Notes: generated from the sequence alone by a model not told the origin. Positions 10,225-20,057 are shown, counted from the stretch's first letter. The stretch is DNA of 36,605 nt from Vulcanimicrobiaceae bacterium (GCA_046262595.1 JBHEMM010000027.1:1-36605); one strand, 5' to 3'. A program made the numbers and translations.

Positions 10225-12813
10225 CTAGCCGGCCAACAACTCAGCAAGACGTGCGGAAGGCGCGGCCCGGAGCTCCTCCTGCAGAACGCGCCGGTACCCC
10301 GCAAATGTGCGCCGTGCGGCGTCGGTATTTCCCTCGCTCATGTTCAAGCGGATAAGCAACTCCCATGCCGTCTCATCGCACGTGTCGAATTCGAGCATCA
10401 TTTGCGTCAAGGCGCGGCCCGCTTGGAAGTCCGCCCTGCGAATAATGTCGCGCGCCAAAGCGCTCGACAATTCGACTTGCAAATTCTGCAGCATCGCAGC
10501 GGTCGGGATGAACCATTCGTACTCGTTGAGGTGCGCCGGAGCACCTTTTGCGAGACGGCCGTACATCTGCACAAGCGCCTCCCGTTGTTCTTCAAGCACT
10601 GCCGGTTCCTTCAGCGCGAGTTCGCAGGCGCTTCGAATGTTTTGAAGCTCGCTTCCAACGTCGGCGCCCAGAACGTACGCGTTGTTTACAAAGCAGACCA
10701 CTCGTGCGTCCCCGCACTGGAGCCGTGCACGCCGCACAGTCATTTTAAGAGCGTTCACCGCCTGACCCGGCTCTTCGTCAGGCCACAGCATTTCGCAAAG
10801 TTCATCGCGTTCGACGGATCGGCTGCGTACCGAGAGCGCCGTCAGCAAATCGAGCACTTTGCGTGAGACGTTTACCGGACGACCGCCTCGTTCCACGGTT
10901 CCGCCCAGCACGTTAACCACGACGTCGCTTTCTTCGGGCGCTTGCTCATGCAGCGCGCGCATGTGCCGCACCAGCGCGCGGAACGGCTGGTTGCGCGCCG
11001 GCAGCTCTCCGGCGCGCATCTGAGAAATCGCGCCGCATACCGGCAGAAGCTCGGTGATTTGCGCCAGCGCCGAAGCCTCGTCCAGCAGCTCGGCCTGGCG
11101 TTGCGGAACCAGCGGCGCAAGCGCAATGCGCATTCCGATGCGCAAAGTCAGAGCACCCGAAACATCTGCTGCCTCGATGCCTGCCAAGAGGCGGACCCGC
11201 GCCTCAGCGGCGGAGCCGGCATAATACGCTTCAACAAGCAATTGCCGCGCACGCAGGTATGGCTGGCCGAAACCTGCGCATGCGGCAGGAGGGCAGCCGG
11301 CGATCGCTCCGTATTGAGCGAAGGGACCGACATCGTGATCGCGCGCCAAATCGCGAAGCATGCTGCGGGCGCGATCCGCGTTTGCCGAGTCGCAAGCGAA
11401 GACCGCTCCCCCGATAAACTCCGCCAGTGCCGCCGCCTGGGCCCAAACATCGCCGCTTTGGCCGGCAATCTCTATGGCGTGCGCGTGCAAAACGAGCTCG
11501 GTCTGCCAATTGCCGTTCCCGCGCGCCCTAGAGATGCCGATCATGTTGAAGACGGTCTGGAGAACGTAGGAATTATGAAGCCGGTCCGAAACTGGCCGCA
11601 ACGCAATTGCCGCCTCGATTAAGCGCCCTTGCAGCGCATATCCCGTCGCGCGGTAACCGCAGATCGCAACATCGGCGACATCCATCGTCGAGGGAGCGGG
11701 AAGCTCTCCGCCGGGATAGATCTGCTCCAAGAGTGCGTCGGAGCGCACGAAATCGCCCGCTTCGATGTAGAGAAACATCAGCAGGCCGCGCAGCGACTTT
11801 ATTACGACGGGTTCTTCGCTATCTTCCACCATGTCCAGGAGCGCCTCGGCTTCGGCAATCAGAACGTGGATATCGATGCGAAACCGGCGCACACGCCAAG
11901 AGCATATCCAGACGCGCGCGTTCGTTGCGATTAAGGATTCCGGGATCGTCTTAAGGACGGCATCGAGCTCGACGGAGGGCCGTAGAATGTGCTCAGCGGG
12001 CGCTCGCAGCAGGTGTTCGAACGCCGATTGGGCGTTTCCGATATTGCTCGCGACGAGCGCCGCGGAGATAAAGGCGCCGCCGCGATTAAGGCCGTCAATG
12101 GTCCCGAGCGCCACGTTCGAGAGGCTTGGGGAGCAATGTTCCCGCCCCGCTGCTGCGACGAGCGGCGTGGCTGAGAGCCGCCCGCCGGCGTACGCGAGCA
12201 AACCGCGTTTGGTCAGATTCCGAAGAGCAGCTTCAATGTCGCACCCAGGTAGCGCTAAGTGCAAGATGTCTCTTCGCGAGTCGCCGATGGAAATGATCGT
12301 GACGAGCACCGCGCGATCGTCGGGAGACAGCACGGAGATGATGCGCTCGTACACGTGCCGTTTGAGCGGAAGGTACGGGGGCGCTTCCAGGTTGCGCGCT
12401 ACCGATTCGCCTTCGTTGCGCAGCAAGCGCCGCGCCAGCGAGACTCCTGCCGCGAAGCCGCCGGATATTCGCTGCACCTCTGGCAGAAAGTCCGACGAGA
12501 ACGCTAAGCCGTCGAAAAATCGCGCGATCTCTTCGTGGTCGAATGCGAGGTCCATGTCATCGAGTTCACACACGTGCACCGGTGCGCTGCTGCCGAACGG
12601 CGTCGGCATGCGCGGGTCGGACGCGGTCGCGATAACGAGGCGGCCTTTGGGCGGCATTGAAAGCTGCGCGATAAATTCGCGGGCCTCTGCGCTCGATATC
12701 TCGTCGATTAGGGGCATGACGCTCGCGCTTGCGGGACTACGCAAGGCGCCGAGCTGCTGAAGAAAGCGGGAGCGTCCTGAACCGGGCTGCCCAACGACAT
12801 AAAGAAAGCGCAC
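10225..12813 (-). CDS. Large MalT/STAND-like transcriptional regulator with C-terminal wHTH plus BTAD (SARP-type) domain
   Basis: Degenerate Walker A GQPGSGRS, MalT-like DLAFDHEEI…SGGFAAG, helical repeats, VERDELCEMLWPD…LKMTVRRAR, DTCDETAWELLIR…LQEELRAAPS. Confidence 0.8.
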   Translation of the reverse strand: MRFLYVVGQPGSGRSRFLQQLGALRSPASASVMPLIDEISSAEAREFIAQLSMPPKGRLVIATASDPRMPTPFGSSAPVHVCELDDMDLAFDHEEIARFFDGLAFSSDFLPEVQRISGGFAAGVSLARRLLRNEGESVARNLEAPPYLPLKRHVYERIISVLSPDDRAVLVTIISIGDSRRDILHLALPGCDIEAALRNLTKRGLLAYAGGRLSATPLVAAAGREHCSPSLSNVALGTIDGLNRGGAFISAALVASNIGNAQSAFEHLLRAPAEHILRPSVELDAVLKTIPESLIATNARVWICSWRVRRFRIDIHVLIAEAEALLDMVEDSEEPVVIKSLRGLLMFLYIEAGDFVRSDALLEQIYPGGELPAPSTMDVADVAICGYRATGYALQGRLIEAAIALRPVSDRLHNSYVLQTVFNMIGISRARGNGNWQTELVLHAHAIEIAGQSGDVWAQAAALAEFIGGAVFACDSANADRARSMLRDLARDHDVGPFAQYGAIAGCPPAACAGFGQPYLRARQLLVEAYYAGSAAEARVRLLAGIEAADVSGALTLRIGMRIALAPLVPQRQAELLDEASALAQITELLPVCGAISQMRAGELPARNQPFRALVRHMRALHEQAPEESDVVVNVLGGTVERGGRPVNVSRKVLDLLTALSVRSRSVERDELCEMLWPDEEPGQAVNALKMTVRRARLQCGDARVVCFVNNAYVLGADVGSELQNIRSACELALKEPAVLEEQREALVQMYGRLAKGAPAHLNEYEWFIPTAAMLQNLQVELSSALARDIIRRADFQAGRALTQMMLEFDTCDETAWELLIRLNMSEGNTDAARRTFAGYRRVLQEELRAAPSARLAELLAG

Positions 12814-13059
12814 CTCCGGACCGGTCGCACGCTTCAGTAATTTATCTCGCGTTAAAATTCTTTCACCGGAAACCCACCTTCACCAATCATGCATCGCAGA
12901 TATACGACTTTACTTAAGAGTAACGTTAGCGAGCCCTAGGCATGAAGCGAGCAAAAGACACCGTTTTGACGGCAGCGGACACCGGCTATCGTTGGGCGTT
13001 CGGGCACGTACTCTCCTAAAACACCGCGCTCGGTTAAGTTATGGCGCGAGGAGAGTCTT

Positions 13060-13509
13060 ATGTTCAAGCGCTTGGCGCCTTTGATGTTTTTCGCGGTTGC
13101 CGCTTCATGCTCGGGCGGCCGCACGACACCTGTCCCGGGCGACACGTCGCTCGCTGCCCAAACAAGCACGTGGGCCGGTGTGTTTCGCTATCAGCCCGCA
13201 GCGCTTACGCTTGACCTTCTTACGCCTGGCATGCAGTTTTTCTACGTGGATACCGTGCCCGTCAACGGCGTACAGCCCGACGCGCAAATGTTTCTCAGTG
13301 AATTTGCGGCGGCAAACGCCTCCGTAGTCACCGGCGCATGCAGCGGCATTGCGACCCTTTCCTACGCTCTTATCTCTCCGAACACGTTCTCGGGGCAACA
13401 AAACGCGACAGTCGTTATCTCCGCCTATCCCCGCGCATCGGGCGATTGCACCCAGACAGTCAACCTGGGCCTTACGGGAGCGGCGCCATTTTCGCTTCAC
13501 ATTCAATAG
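13060..13509 (+). CDS. Hypothetical lipoprotein
   Basis: GAGGAG RBS, signal peptide with lipobox VAASC (Cys17), beta-rich mature part with two further Cys. Confidence 0.75.
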   Translation: MFKRLAPLMFFAVAASCSGGRTTPVPGDTSLAAQTSTWAGVFRYQPAALTLDLLTPGMQFFYVDTVPVNGVQPDAQMFLSEFAAANASVVTGACSGIATLSYALISPNTFSGQQNATVVISAYPRASGDCTQTVNLGLTGAAPFSLHIQ

Positions 13510-14033
13510 ATCACGGCACAAACGCGTTGCCATTGATCCCGGCTGCGCACGGGTCGATTGCGTCAACGCATTCCTTTCGCATCAGCGCATTCGTTAAACG
13601 ATACGGCGAGAAATCGGCCGGGTTAATCCGCGATGCGCTCGTAGCGCCCGCCGCGGATAGCGGCGACGCGCTTGCGGCAAAACAGCTCATCGACAGCATC
13701 GGCACCGAAACGGCGGCGATGCTGCCGAACGTCATCAACGCGTATTACTGTCGCTCGAACGTGGATGCGCGAGTGTAGCACCGATGCGCGCAGAGGCGCA
13801 AACCGTGCGCTTGCTTCTGTTGCGCCTAGTTTTCCCACACCCGGCATGCATGGCCCGTTTGGGCTATTACATTGCGGCTGCGCCCGGGCCCTGCCGCGCT
13901 CATGCGATTCGCATACAGCCCGTCTTTTCGTGCGTGCCGCGGGCACGCGCAACAGCGTCTTACGATGGTGTTTCCTCGCCATGTCCGGTTAGGACCGGCC
14001 GCACAGCCGGATCGCCGAAAAGGATCAAACACC

Positions 14034-14204
14034 ATGATTCGACGGATTTTTCTCGGTTTTACGTTCGCCGGTTTGTTGATCGCCGCGGCGGCTTGCACTT
14101 CGCCCGGCACACGCAGCCAAGGATTTTTACCGCATGGCGGGCGGATAGCGGGCGATGCAACGCCGCCGCCGCCCGACTCCGGCGGCGGAATGCCGGGTAA
14201 ATAG
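14034..14204 (+). CDS. 56-aa secreted lipopeptide, candidate signalling-peptide precursor
   Basis: AAAGGA RBS before ATG 14034. MIRRIFLGFTFAGLLIAAAA-C(21)TSPGTRSQGFLPHGGRIAGDATPPPPDSGGGMPGK. Confidence 0.8.
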   Translation: MIRRIFLGFTFAGLLIAAAACTSPGTRSQGFLPHGGRIAGDATPPPPDSGGGMPGK

Positions 14205-14216
14205 TCCCACTGAGCT

Positions 14217-15791
14217 ATGCGGCAGCGGGTTATCTTCGTTTCGCTGCCGCACCTAGGCGTTATGGGACGCGCAGCAGCTGGAAACAGCGAGGCAGCAGCA
14301 CCGCTGGCTCGTGAAATGAGTGCGGCGCTTGCGCAGGCGCGCGTTTCCGATGCGGCGGCTGCGTTCGACGCGAAGCCTAGCGACGAGCCCGATGCGGTGC
14401 TGCTGCGCGCGCGCATCGCTTTAAAGCGGCTTGCGCCGCGCGAGGCGATGCAGCTGCTGGTGCGGCTCAAGCACCTCGAACCGCATCGCGACGCGCAGCG
14501 TCTTATGTTGATGGGCGTTGCCCAGTCACGCGTCAATCAATTCGAAGCGGCCGACAACTACTTCGATCGCGCCGCTGCGGTAACGCGCGGCGACCTCGGC
14601 GTGGAGCTCGCGTATTGGCGCGGCCGGCGGTTTCTTCTGGAAAACCGCTTGGCCGACGCGCGGCTGCAACTGGATGCCATGGCCCCTGGGAATACCGCGG
14701 GCGCCCAAGCCATGGCGGCGACGCTCGAGAGCGGCATAGCGATTCAAGCCGGGCGCTTCTTTGAATCGGCCGGCATTTTAATGCGCCTGATGGAAACGCT
14801 CGAAACGGCGAACAGCGAGATCGAAACGTGGATCTGGTCGCTGCACACACTCTCCGTTTTAGCGCGCGAGCTGGATTATCCGGAAGTGCGAACGTTCGTG
14901 AAGCGGCGCGCGCTGGGCGACCGGTGGACGGCGGATTTCACGGTCAACAAGTTTCAAACGCAAAAGGCAGTCGCCTGGTGCTACGCATTAGAGGGGGATT
15001 ACTTCAACGCATTCCGCCTCTTGAAGCTTGCGCGTTCCGCCGCCCCATCTTCGGCGTGGCAGGCGATGATTTGTCTCGATCGGGCGTATCTCGCGCGTTG
15101 CTTAGGCGAACAGCGCTGGTCGCGGGACGAGTTGGCCGAGGCGGACGAGATCCTGATGCGCATCGACTGGCGCAAGACATCGAACGAAGAGCCCGTCGCG
15201 CTCCTCATCGCGGCCGAGCTGTTCGCCGCTGTCGACGCGGCCCGGGCCCTGAACTACCTCTCGCAATTCTCGGAACTTCCGCCGGCCTTGAACCCGCTGC
15301 TGCATTTCCGTACGGATCGGCGCTTGAGTGCGCAGGCCGACTATACGTCAGGCTTGGTGCAACTGGAGCTCGGCAACCGGCAAGCGGCCATTGCGAGCTT
15401 TAAAAAAGCGTGGAGCACGTACAGCGATATCCGCTACGATTGGCGTGCCGGACGCGCCGCCGTTCGGCTCTTCGAAACAACCGGCGATGAAACGTGGCTG
15501 GCACGCGCGCGCGAGAAGCTGAGCAATTACAGCGCGAGCTGGCTTTACGATGAACTGAACCGCTACGGTAAGAGCGAGACGCTGAGTTCACTCCTCACGC
15601 CGGCGCAGGAGCACGTTTTCCGCATGCTGTGCGAAGGACGCACGACCCTGGAGATGAGCGCGCTGACCGGGCGCAGCCGCTTCACCATCCGAAATCACAT
15701 CAAAGCGATTCTCAAAGCGTTCGGGATGCCGAGCCGCCCGGCATTGCTCGTGGAAGCGGCGCGGCGCAACTTGATCGGGCGCTCGCGCTAA
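14217..15791 (+). CDS. TPR-like helical-repeat protein with C-terminal LuxR-type HTH
   Basis: C-terminus LTPAQEHVFRMLCEGRTTLEMSALTGRSRFTIRNHIKAILKAFG. Upstream TPR-like helices (LMGVAQSRVNQFEAADNYFDRA; YTSGLVQLELGNRQAAIASFKKA). No REC domain or Walker motif. Start may lie slightly downstream. Confidence 0.85.
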   Translation: MRQRVIFVSLPHLGVMGRAAAGNSEAAAPLAREMSAALAQARVSDAAAAFDAKPSDEPDAVLLRARIALKRLAPREAMQLLVRLKHLEPHRDAQRLMLMGVAQSRVNQFEAADNYFDRAAAVTRGDLGVELAYWRGRRFLLENRLADARLQLDAMAPGNTAGAQAMAATLESGIAIQAGRFFESAGILMRLMETLETANSEIETWIWSLHTLSVLARELDYPEVRTFVKRRALGDRWTADFTVNKFQTQKAVAWCYALEGDYFNAFRLLKLARSAAPSSAWQAMICLDRAYLARCLGEQRWSRDELAEADEILMRIDWRKTSNEEPVALLIAAELFAAVDAARALNYLSQFSELPPALNPLLHFRTDRRLSAQADYTSGLVQLELGNRQAAIASFKKAWSTYSDIRYDWRAGRAAVRLFETTGDETWLARAREKLSNYSASWLYDELNRYGKSETLSSLLTPAQEHVFRMLCEGRTTLEMSALTGRSRFTIRNHIKAILKAFGMPSRPALLVEAARRNLIGRSR

Positions 15792-15828
15792 AAGGCGAAA
15801 GCGGCCAACCCAGAAAACATCTGCGGGC

Positions 15829-17289
15829 ATGCGCTTAGACGTCAAAGGCGCGGGCGCCTTGCCGCACAGTTTACTGCTCGGCACGGCAGGGGTTGCGGCA
15901 TTGTTGTGTGCGGCGGCGGTCGTACGCTGGGACGTTTGGAGTTACGGCAGCGATACGGGAACGTTCGCGCAAGCTATCGCGCACGCACCGCAAGGCTTCT
16001 CCGACGCGATGGAAGGCGGAACGCATCTGCGCTTCCACTTCTCGCCGATACTCGCCGTGCTTTGGCCGCTCGTCGCGCTGACGCGCACGCCGCTCGTCCT
16101 GCAGTTCGTGCAGATTGCGTTGATTCTGTCGTGCCCGCTGCTGCTTGCGCAGCTGCTGCGTCCGTACGTCCCCTCGCCGTGGCCCGCACGCTGCGGATTT
16201 CTCGCGCTGCTGTATCCGCCGCTGCTCGCCGGCGCCTTCTCGGAGTTTCACGAACTCGCGTTTTATCCGCCCCTGCTGCTTGCGCTGTTTTTATCTGCGG
16301 ATCGCGCGCGCTGGGGATGGTTCGCGGCATGTGCGCTGCTGCTGGTTTGCGTTCGTGAAGACGCAAACGTCGATCTCGTGCTTATCGGTGCCGCTCTTTG
16401 CGCGCTGGCGCTCCTGCGCCGTACAACGCTCGAGCGCGGCTTGCTTATCGGCGAGCCGCCCGAAGCCGAGCGCCTGAGTGTAGCCGGCGCCGCGCTGAGC
16501 GTGTGCGCGGCAGGCGCTCTTGCGATCTATGCGTTCGTTCTCTTGCCCCGCATCGGTTCGTGGCCGCCCTCGCACTTTTACGACTACGCGTTCGCCCACG
16601 GGCCGGTGCAGACGGCGCTCGCGCTGTTCACGCATCCACTCGCTCTGATCGCCGCAACCGCAACGCTCGGCCGCGTGACGTATCTCCTGGAAGCGCTCGC
16701 GCCGCTCGCGTTTTTGCCGATCTTCTCGCGCTGGTCGCTTCTTTCGCTGCCGGCGCTCGCGGGGATCTTGCTCGCAAGCGATGGGAGCGTTTGGCGCATG
16801 GGCATGCACTACGAGCTGTTGTGGGCGCCGCTATTGCTGCTCGGCGCGTGCGTGACACTGGTGCTCCTCGTGCGCGCGCGCTCGGAAAGCACCGCGACGT
16901 TGTGGTGGGCAATCGCATGCGGCGCCTGCGTCATCGTTCTTGCGGCGTTCAATCCGATGCACCCGGCGCACTATCTTCGCCTGCAGGCCTTTGCGCATCC
17001 GGCCGATGCGCGGCGCGCGTTCCTTTGCGTCCCGCGCGACGCGCCGGTCGCAACGCACGACGAGTGGTTCGCACATGAAGCGTTGGCGTTTCCGAACGCG
17101 ACGGTGTTAGGCGCCGATCCGGCTGTGTTTCGCGGCTACGTCGTGTACGATCGCGGTTGGCGTAATCCGCTGTTCGAACACGCGCTGCCGGCGCTTGAAG
17201 CGGGTGCGCAGAACGGCGCATTCACGATCGTGTGCGAATCGGGAAGCGTACGCGTGTTGCGCTCTACTTCGTACCGTACAGGTGGATGA
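15829..17289 (+). CDS. DUF2079 family integral membrane protein (putative GT-C glycosyltransferase-like)
   Basis: DTGTFAQ, HFSPIL, EFHELAFYPP, VREDA, GMHY, and many TM helices. Confidence 0.85.
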   Translation: MRLDVKGAGALPHSLLLGTAGVAALLCAAAVVRWDVWSYGSDTGTFAQAIAHAPQGFSDAMEGGTHLRFHFSPILAVLWPLVALTRTPLVLQFVQIALILSCPLLLAQLLRPYVPSPWPARCGFLALLYPPLLAGAFSEFHELAFYPPLLLALFLSADRARWGWFAACALLLVCVREDANVDLVLIGAALCALALLRRTTLERGLLIGEPPEAERLSVAGAALSVCAAGALAIYAFVLLPRIGSWPPSHFYDYAFAHGPVQTALALFTHPLALIAATATLGRVTYLLEALAPLAFLPIFSRWSLLSLPALAGILLASDGSVWRMGMHYELLWAPLLLLGACVTLVLLVRARSESTATLWWAIACGACVIVLAAFNPMHPAHYLRLQAFAHPADARRAFLCVPRDAPVATHDEWFAHEALAFPNATVLGADPAVFRGYVVYDRGWRNPLFEHALPALEAGAQNGAFTIVCESGSVRVLRSTSYRTGG

Positions 17290-17451
17290 CACGGCGCTCC
17301 TCGAGCTACCGATCCTGAAATCTGCATCACGATTCGCGCAGCGAGACAGCCGCCAGAATGGACCCGAAGCATGAAAAAGGGAGTTTACCGCTTGCCTAGT
17401 CCCGCTTGCCGATGCCTGCTTTCGGCTTAAGAAACCGTAAAGGGGTGTAAG

Positions 17452-17706
17452 CTACGCCTGGCCGGTGTCGTGAAACGTCCCGCGCTTCGCGTCTGCGTCC
17501 AACTCGAGATCGTCCAGGTAATAATAGACGATCTTGCGATCGTCGAAGCCCACTTTGGCAAGGTCGCGTCCGCGCACGTTCACGACCTCGTGAATGTGAC
17601 CCGTTTTGCCGGCGTATTCGAAGTTCACGCTCGTGTAATTCGGGTCGCCGGCCTCTGGGCGCGGCGTGGCTTTCACACCGCGCAGCGGGGTGTTATGACG
17701 GTGCAT
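17452..17706 (-). CDS. Small hypothetical protein (84 aa, possibly an SH3-like beta barrel)
   Basis: MHRHNTPLRGVKATPRP…YAGKTGHIHEVVNVRGRDLAKVGFDDRKIVYYYLDDLE. Protein-like composition; the upstream extension in the ORF track is only antisense to the gamma-CA gene. Confidence 0.65.
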   Translation of the reverse strand: MHRHNTPLRGVKATPRPEAGDPNYTSVNFEYAGKTGHIHEVVNVRGRDLAKVGFDDRKIVYYYLDDLELDADAKRGTFHDTGQA

Positions 17707-17733
17707 CCGAAACCGCTTCGCGAGAGGGCGAAA

Positions 17734-18258
17734 ATGATCATTGAATACCGGGGGCGTTTGCCGAAAGTCGATCCGAGCGCCTTTGTCGCGCCCACTGCCG
17801 TGCTCATCGGCGATGTGGAGGTGGGCGCCGAGGCGAGCATCTGGTTCGGCGCGGTGCTTCGCGGCGACAACGGCCCGATCCGGATTGGTGCGCGCAGCTC
17901 GATTCAGGACAACGCCGTCATCCACGTGAGCGAACACGGAAGCACCATCGTCGGCAATGACGTCACGGTCGGTCACTGCGCCGTCATGGAAGATTGCCGG
18001 ATCGAAGCCCACGCCCTCATCGGAAGCAACGCTGTCGTGCTCGGCGGAGCAACCGTCGGCGAAGGTTCGCTCATCGCTGCAGGCAGCGTCGTTGGAGAGG
18101 GCGCGCAGATTCCGCCCGGTGTCCTCGCGGCGGGCGCGCCCGCAAAAGTTAAAAAAGCCATTGAAGGTGAAGCGGCCAACTGGATTGCCATAAGCGCTGA
18201 CGAATACGTTAAACTCTCCCGCACCTATCTGGACGCGGGCTTGGGGGATAGCTCTTGA
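17734..18258 (+). CDS. Gamma carbonic anhydrase family protein (YrdA/PaaY-like hexapeptide repeat)
   Basis: MIIEYRGRLPKVDPSAFVAPTAVLIGDV, LRGDNGPIRIG, IQDNAVIH, VTVGH. GAGAGGG RBS before ATG 17734. Confidence 0.92.
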   Translation: MIIEYRGRLPKVDPSAFVAPTAVLIGDVEVGAEASIWFGAVLRGDNGPIRIGARSSIQDNAVIHVSEHGSTIVGNDVTVGHCAVMEDCRIEAHALIGSNAVVLGGATVGEGSLIAAGSVVGEGAQIPPGVLAAGAPAKVKKAIEGEAANWIAISADEYVKLSRTYLDAGLGDSS

Positions 18259-20057
18259 GTACGGTCAACGATCTCACCATACGCGCCGCCACCGTCAACG
18301 GGTCGGGCAGTCAGTCCGCAAACTTGGTTATCACGAACGCCATATTCCGTATGGGAATCCCCGTCGCGCCGAAAAATGTTTTTCCCTCGAACATCGAGGG
18401 TCTGCCCACGTGGTTCGACGTGCGCGTGTCACCGCAGGGCTACCAATGCCGCAGCAGCGAGGTCGACGTGCTGGTAGCGCTCAACGCCTCCACCTGGCAG
18501 AACGACGTATCGGAAGTACGCACGGGCGGCGTGGTCATTCACGAATCCGCGTATCCGCGCAACGGCACCGCTGAGCGCGAGGATGTAACGTATTACCCGG
18601 TGCCGTTTGCGAAGCTCGCGAAAGAACATATTGCGGACGGCGCTATGCGCAAGTACCTGACAAACATGATTTACGTCGGCGTAGTCGCGCATCTGTTGTT
18701 CATTCCGCTCGATGCGATCGAAGCCGCGCTCGCGGCCCAGTTTAAGACCAAACCTAAAGCCGTCGAGAGCAACATGCAAGCGGTCCGCATGGGCGCCGAA
18801 TATGCCGCAGCCAACCTGCCCAAAACCGATTCGTACCGGCTGGAGCCGATGAGCGGCAAAACCGATGCGTATGTCCTCATGGAAGGCAACAGCGCTGCGG
18901 CGCTGGGCTGCATCATGGGCGGCTGCACGGTCGTCGCCTGGTATCCGATCACGCCATCGTCGTCGCTATGCGAATCGTTCATCGCCTACGCCGAGCGGTA
19001 TCGCGTCGATAAAGGCAGCGGCGAACGTAAGGCCGCCATCGTGCAGGCCGAAGACGAGCTTGCCGCAATCGGCATGGTGTTCGGTGCAACGTGGGCCGGC
19101 GCGCGCGCCATGACGTCCACTTCCGGGCCCGGCCTCTCGCTAATGGCGGAGTTTGCCGGGCTGGGCTACTATGCCGAACTTCCCGGCGTCATCTTCGACG
19201 TGCAGCGCGCGGGGCCGTCGACGGGTTTGCCGACGCGAACGCTGCAGGGCGATCTGCAATTCGCGTACACGCTCTCGCACGGCGATACCAAACACATCGT
19301 GCTTCTGCCGGCAACCGTGGACGACGCGTACGAGTTTTCAATGCAGGCGTTCGATCTCGCCGACCGCTTTCAAACGCCAGTGTTCGTTCTAAGCGATTTG
19401 GACCTGGGAATGAACCGCTGGATGACTCACGCGCTGCGTTATCCCGATGCGCCGTTCGATCGCGGCAAAGTGCTCGACGCCGGCGCGCTCGCGACGGTGG
19501 AATCTTGGGGCCGTTACCGCGACGTTGACGGCGACGGCATTGCATACCGCACCCTCCCCGCGACCGGACATCCGCTCGCGGGATACTTCACGCGCGGCTC
19601 CGGACACGACGAAAACGCGGCGTATTCGGAAAACCCCGACGTCTACCGCTCGAATCTCGACCGGCTTGCACGCAAGCACGACACGGCGCGCGCTGCGGTA
19701 CCGCAGCCGGTCATTGAAGAAAGCGGCCACAGCACCGGGCTCATCGCTTACGGCACGACGCATCACGCTATCGTCGAAGCGCGCGATCGCCTGGCGCAGG
19801 CTGGTTTGCAGGCGGACTATCTGCGTCTGTGCGCGCTGCCGCTGGCACCGCAAGTCACGCAGTTCGTCGAACGGCACGAGCGCGTGTATGTCGTCGAACA
19901 AAACCGCGACGGCCAACTTTACGGAATCCTTCGCACGGAGCTTCCCGCGCATCTGCTCGAGCGCGTGCATTCGATCCGTCACTACAACGGCGTGCCCATC
20001 GACGCATCCGCGATCACCGGCCCGCTGCTCGCCTTGGAAGAACCGGTGCCGGCATGA
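18255..20057 (+). CDS. korA: 2-oxoacid:ferredoxin oxidoreductase subunit alpha (gamma-alpha fusion)
   Basis: NGSGSQSAN, WYPITPSS, QAEDELAA, TSTSGPG, VQRAGPSTGLPT, VVEQNRDGQL. TTGA overlap with the upstream gene. Substrate not determinable from sequence. Confidence 0.92.
   Translation: MSTVNDLTIRAATVNGSGSQSANLVITNAIFRMGIPVAPKNVFPSNIEGLPTWFDVRVSPQGYQCRSSEVDVLVALNASTWQNDVSEVRTGGVVIHESAYPRNGTAEREDVTYYPVPFAKLAKEHIADGAMRKYLTNMIYVGVVAHLLFIPLDAIEAALAAQFKTKPKAVESNMQAVRMGAEYAAANLPKTDSYRLEPMSGKTDAYVLMEGNSAAALGCIMGGCTVVAWYPITPSSSLCESFIAYAERYRVDKGSGERKAAIVQAEDELAAIGMVFGATWAGARAMTSTSGPGLSLMAEFAGLGYYAELPGVIFDVQRAGPSTGLPTRTLQGDLQFAYTLSHGDTKHIVLLPATVDDAYEFSMQAFDLADRFQTPVFVLSDLDLGMNRWMTHALRYPDAPFDRGKVLDAGALATVESWGRYRDVDGDGIAYRTLPATGHPLAGYFTRGSGHDENAAYSENPDVYRSNLDRLARKHDTARAAVPQPVIEESGHSTGLIAYGTTHHAIVEARDRLAQAGLQADYLRLCALPLAPQVTQFVERHERVYVVEQNRDGQLYGILRTELPAHLLERVHSIRHYNGVPIDASAITGPLLALEEPVPA

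Noticed and set aside
13511..13778. Possible gene remnant (…IRDALVAPAADSGDALAAKQLIDSIGTETAAMLPNVINAYYC…)
   Set aside because: No clear start and no recognisable family; it cannot be supported without a search.
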